Part shown: positions 61,306 to 64,000 of the stretch, in pieces
How positions within the stretch are numbered: position 1 is the first letter of the stretch
Layout of the letters: each line of letters opens with the position of its first letter
Assembly (NCBI GenBank): GCA_963664015.2
Contig: CAXXLF010000001.1
Location: 224,001 to 288,000, forward strand
Source of the DNA: Candidatus Binatia bacterium
GTDB lineage: Bacteria > Desulfobacterota > Binatia > UBA9968 > CAXXLF01
Direction of reading: 5' to 3'
DNA length: 64,000 nt
Program-made: the position numbers and the translations under genes
Notes under the pieces: generated by a model
Told to the model about the DNA's origin: nothing
The model's input: the letters and a program-made list of their open reading frames with translations, nothing else
Database searches by the model: none

Positions 61306-61958
61306 TGCAAACCTCCAACCCGCCGCAACCGATGAGACCGACCATCATTAGCTTTGCCCTGGATCTTCCCAATATCTGTTCTCTGGCGGGGCTTTTCTGC
61401 GCGCTGCTCGGCATTTATTACGCGATCCGCGGAGTTTTCCCTGCAGCTATGATCGGCATTCTCTGGGCCGTGGTCTTTGACTGGTTCGACGGAGTGATTG
61501 CCCGCCGGCTTTCCGGTCGAACCGCGTCGCAACGGGCCGTTGGAGCGCAACTGGATTCCCTGATTGACCTGGTGAGTTTTTCTGTTTGTCCAGCCATCGT
61601 GTTACTTAGCTACAGCCAATACAGTCTCTTGTTTATTCCCGGAGCGTTTGCGATTCTTTCGACAGGGGTGCTGCGACTGAGTTACTTCAACGTATTCGGC
61701 CTTGTGGACGGATCGACCTATATGGGGCTCGCACTCGATAATAACGTTCTCGTTCTTGCGTTTGTCTTCCTGTTCGATGGATTGGTCCTCCGAGACACTT
61801 TTGCAGTCATCCTTCACCTAACGCTACTGGCCCTAGCAGCCATGAACGTGGCGCCCGTTCGAACGCCGAAGTTGACAGGTGGATGGTATTACGGGCTGGC
61901 GGGTTATGCCTTGGTCATGACAAGTGTTTTCGGTTGGAGATGGGCTCAGTTGCCCTAG
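61305..61958 (+). CDS. CDP-alcohol phosphatidyltransferase family protein
   Basis: DWFDGVIARR...GAQLDSLID signature; multiple transmembrane helices. Confidence 0.9.
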   Translation: MQTSNPPQPMRPTIISFALDLPNICSLAGLFCALLGIYYAIRGVFPAAMIGILWAVVFDWFDGVIARRLSGRTASQRAVGAQLDSLIDLVSFSVCPAIVLLSYSQYSLLFIPGAFAILSTGVLRLSYFNVFGLVDGSTYMGLALDNNVLVLAFVFLFDGLVLRDTFAVILHLTLLALAAMNVAPVRTPKLTGGWYYGLAGYALVMTSVFGWRWAQLP

Positions 61959-62019
61959 GAATCAAAGAAACACGTCTTGCAGGTCACACGATTCCTAATC
62001 GGATAGCGTGCAAGAATTC

Positions 62020-62868
62020 TTACTCCACAAGGCGTAGCTTGAAGAAGTGATTCTGTAATCTAGGCCAAGCGATGTTTAGTTGAGAGAGCACTCGCGGTAG
62101 AGCCCAGAAGCTAATCGGCGTGGTCCCTCTGAGCGCCCACCACATCAAGGAACCAAGCGTGGGAGAATCCTTGGGCAAGAAAGGTAGCCACTTGCGACGC
62201 AGATCAACCAACTCCTCTGCAGTCACCATGCTGGTGTAACCGTAGTTCCGCCGGACTTCCACGCGAAAGGGTCCCGCGTCCTCAAACAGTCGATGATACA
62301 GACTTACGCTTCGGTAGACTGCCTGATACTCGCCTCGTGCCAAGGATACCCCCTGCTGCACAGTCGACTCTCGGAGGATGATCGAACCCTCTTTGCTAAG
62401 GCGGTGTTTCAAAGAGTGGAGCAGCGCCAGGACGTCAGCGTTCTTCAGATACATACACAGGCCACCCAGGAAGATCATGTCAAATGATCCTTCCGGAAGG
62501 CTTTTCCGACCGTCGCCTTCGAAAATCTCAACATTGGATAGGCGAGCCACTCTTTCCCTAGCAGCCTTCACCATCAAGGGACTACGGTCGATCCCAATGA
62601 CAGCTTTGTAGCGCTTGGCGAAGATCTCGGTCCAGGCCCCCGCCCCACAGCCAACGTCAAGCACTCGCCCTGAGGCACACACAACGTCGAGCCAATCTCT
62701 AACAATGCGTATCTCTTTGCGTAGTCGATATCGGGCCGCACTGGCTGGCAGATTGTGCTCATGGGCCATCATGCTGACAGTGCTTGCTGTGCCTCCCCCT
62801 ACACCATTGAAATAACGTTTGACAGTTGCATCATTGATCTGTTGTTCGGTGGAGGAGTGGTCATTCAT
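62020..62868 (-). CDS. Class I SAM-dependent methyltransferase resembling a phosphoethanolamine N-methyltransferase domain
   Basis: VLDVGCGAG motif I; FDMIF...LCMYL...V..LL...GSIILRES...YRS...Y..LF. Confidence 0.8.
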   Translation of the reverse strand: MNDHSSTEQQINDATVKRYFNGVGGGTASTVSMMAHEHNLPASAARYRLRKEIRIVRDWLDVVCASGRVLDVGCGAGAWTEIFAKRYKAVIGIDRSPLMVKAARERVARLSNVEIFEGDGRKSLPEGSFDMIFLGGLCMYLKNADVLALLHSLKHRLSKEGSIILRESTVQQGVSLARGEYQAVYRSVSLYHRLFEDAGPFRVEVRRNYGYTSMVTAEELVDLRRKWLPFLPKDSPTLGSLMWWALRGTTPISFWALPRVLSQLNIAWPRLQNHFFKLRLVE

Positions 62869-63105
62869 CGGTATTACCTTTGAAAAAGTCAACGATCGGT
62901 CTTAGCATTGAGGCATGGCCACCGAGAACCCAAGAATTCTGCTAACGGCCACTTTGATACATAAGTAAGCCAGCTTCACCCTGGCGACACAAATCACAGA
63001 GCGACTGGCTCTAAAATGCTTATGTTCCCCCTCCTTGGCCTTACGTCACGCTAGAAGCCATTCAACGATTGACGAGGCTCACGCTTATGGTCTGAGACTA
63101 AGAGA

Positions 63106-63223
63106 CCCATATCACAGAGGAGATAATTGTCAATCATCCTAGAACGCTATTAAACGACGCTTTAATTGAGTCCTACGGCCATTGGGAACGACAACGGCGG
63201 CCCTTTTGGGGACCGCCGCCTTC
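63106..63223. repeat. Palindromic site C (63144-63171) with a B-like left flank and an A-like right flank
   Basis: ACGCTATTAAA-CGACGC-TTTAATTGAGT; left CCCATATCAC...TGTCAA; right CGGCCATTGGG...GCGGCCC...GGACCGCCGCCTTC. Confidence 0.7.
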
Positions 63224-63330
63224 AGTTTTCACAGTGCTATATGATTTTATTAGCAAGAACCGGTAGGACCTCTCAACTACTCCCGGTTTGGATGGTTGCA
63301 TCCGACATTCACGGTAATCCCTGGCAATAT

Positions 63331-63813
63331 CTACTGCTCGAAGCAATAGAGTAGTTTCATGTTGTTGCAGGAGGGGGAGATCAGGGGGGCCTCCTCCCTC
63401 CAGGTAGAGGTGTTAGAGTTCGTTTGACCCACGCTTGCATTATCGCCGGAACCGTTGAGCGTCCAGTTGCTACAGTTGCCGTTGAAGCTATCCCCGTTTT
63501 GGTCGGTGCTTGTCCATGCATCTGTCACGGGGGCAGCGCCCTGCACCTCCGTGAGATCAATGGAGATCGTAAGGACCCCGTCCGTGAGGTCGGCCCAATT
63601 TGCTGCGACCTAAGCGCCGTCTGTTCGTACATATGGTACGACCGACTGAATAAATCGGGTGCTGGGCGACATGATGGAATCCTATAACCAGGCCTAGTAG
63701 GTTCCAAACAATCCCGCTTCGTGGGAACGCTGGTTACAGATCAAATCTGCGCCCTGGAGTCCTCCCAAAATGCCGTCGTGTACGGAGCTGGTGACGAAGA
63801 CCGTCTTCGTATT
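63331..63813 (-). pseudogene. DUF1554-like (endostatin/C-type-lectin-like) domain, 5'-truncated, three in-frame TAG
   Basis: KTVFVTS...GGLQGADLIC...GTY*AWL*DS...PYVRTDGA*VAANW.DL.DG...C.NWT...LLYCFEQ. Confidence 0.75.
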
Positions 63814-63819
63814 CCGTGA

Positions 63820-64000
63820 ACCAAGGAAGCGGGTCTCAGCCGGTCCACCGTCAAAAACCTGATCGCACCACTCAGGGCAATGTTCAATCCGGCAGTAAAG
63901 CTCGGCAACCACCTCCCAGAGCAGGACACCACGAAGATCGAGCCAAACCCTCTTAATGAGGAAGAAGTCCGTCATCTGCTGGCCACGGTCCGGGAAAGGC
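63820..64000 (+). pseudogene. Tyrosine recombinase/integrase fragment, lacking its N-terminus and running off the window
   Basis: Hand translation KEAGLSRSTVKNLIAPLRAMFNPAVKLG...PNPLNEEEVRHLLATVRER resembles the core-binding/catalytic domain junction of phage integrases. Confidence 0.6.

Larger units (their letters stand above)
55883..64000. mobile_element. Genomic island integrated at tRNA-Arg(ACG), continuing past the window end
   Basis: att-like tRNA fragment at the left end, arm-like repeats, decayed cargo, tyrosine integrase fragment at the right edge. Confidence 0.75.

Overview
Bacterial chromosomal window of moderately high GC. The gene repertoire (several UbiD decarboxylases, amidohydrolase, hydantoinase A/B, cupins, Fe3+-type ABC parts, DUF1844, CarD) suggests a deltaproteobacteria-like lineage such as Candidatus Binatia; this is inference only. 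Positions 1-37.5 kb are mostly housekeeping genes (degP-like, cysK, ispD, carD, rimI, tRNA-Cys, grxC, coaE, efp, cysQ, pncA, metF, recR-ybaB-dnaX-ffs, two tRNA-Ser, tadA). They are interspersed with decayed genes (larE, gspK, exeA, gdh, prpF) and a probable selenoprotein peroxiredoxin with an odd U-W-P-Y-C motif. Positions 37.6-53.8 kb are a co-oriented 13-gene catabolic cluster of unknown substrate. From about 55.84 kb to the window end lies an island integrated at tRNA-Arg(ACG), marked by a displaced 3' tRNA fragment, arm-type repeats and an integrase remnant. Within it, three 28-bp 11-6-11 palindromic sites with shuffled flanks partition the cargo into modules. One module encodes a LicC-like cytidylyltransferase, a CobD-like PLP enzyme, a CDP-alcohol phosphotransferase and a methyltransferase resembling plant phosphoethanolamine N-methyltransferase: a candidate de novo phosphobase-methylation route to phosphocholine lipids. 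All product calls come from motifs recognised by eye; no searches were run.
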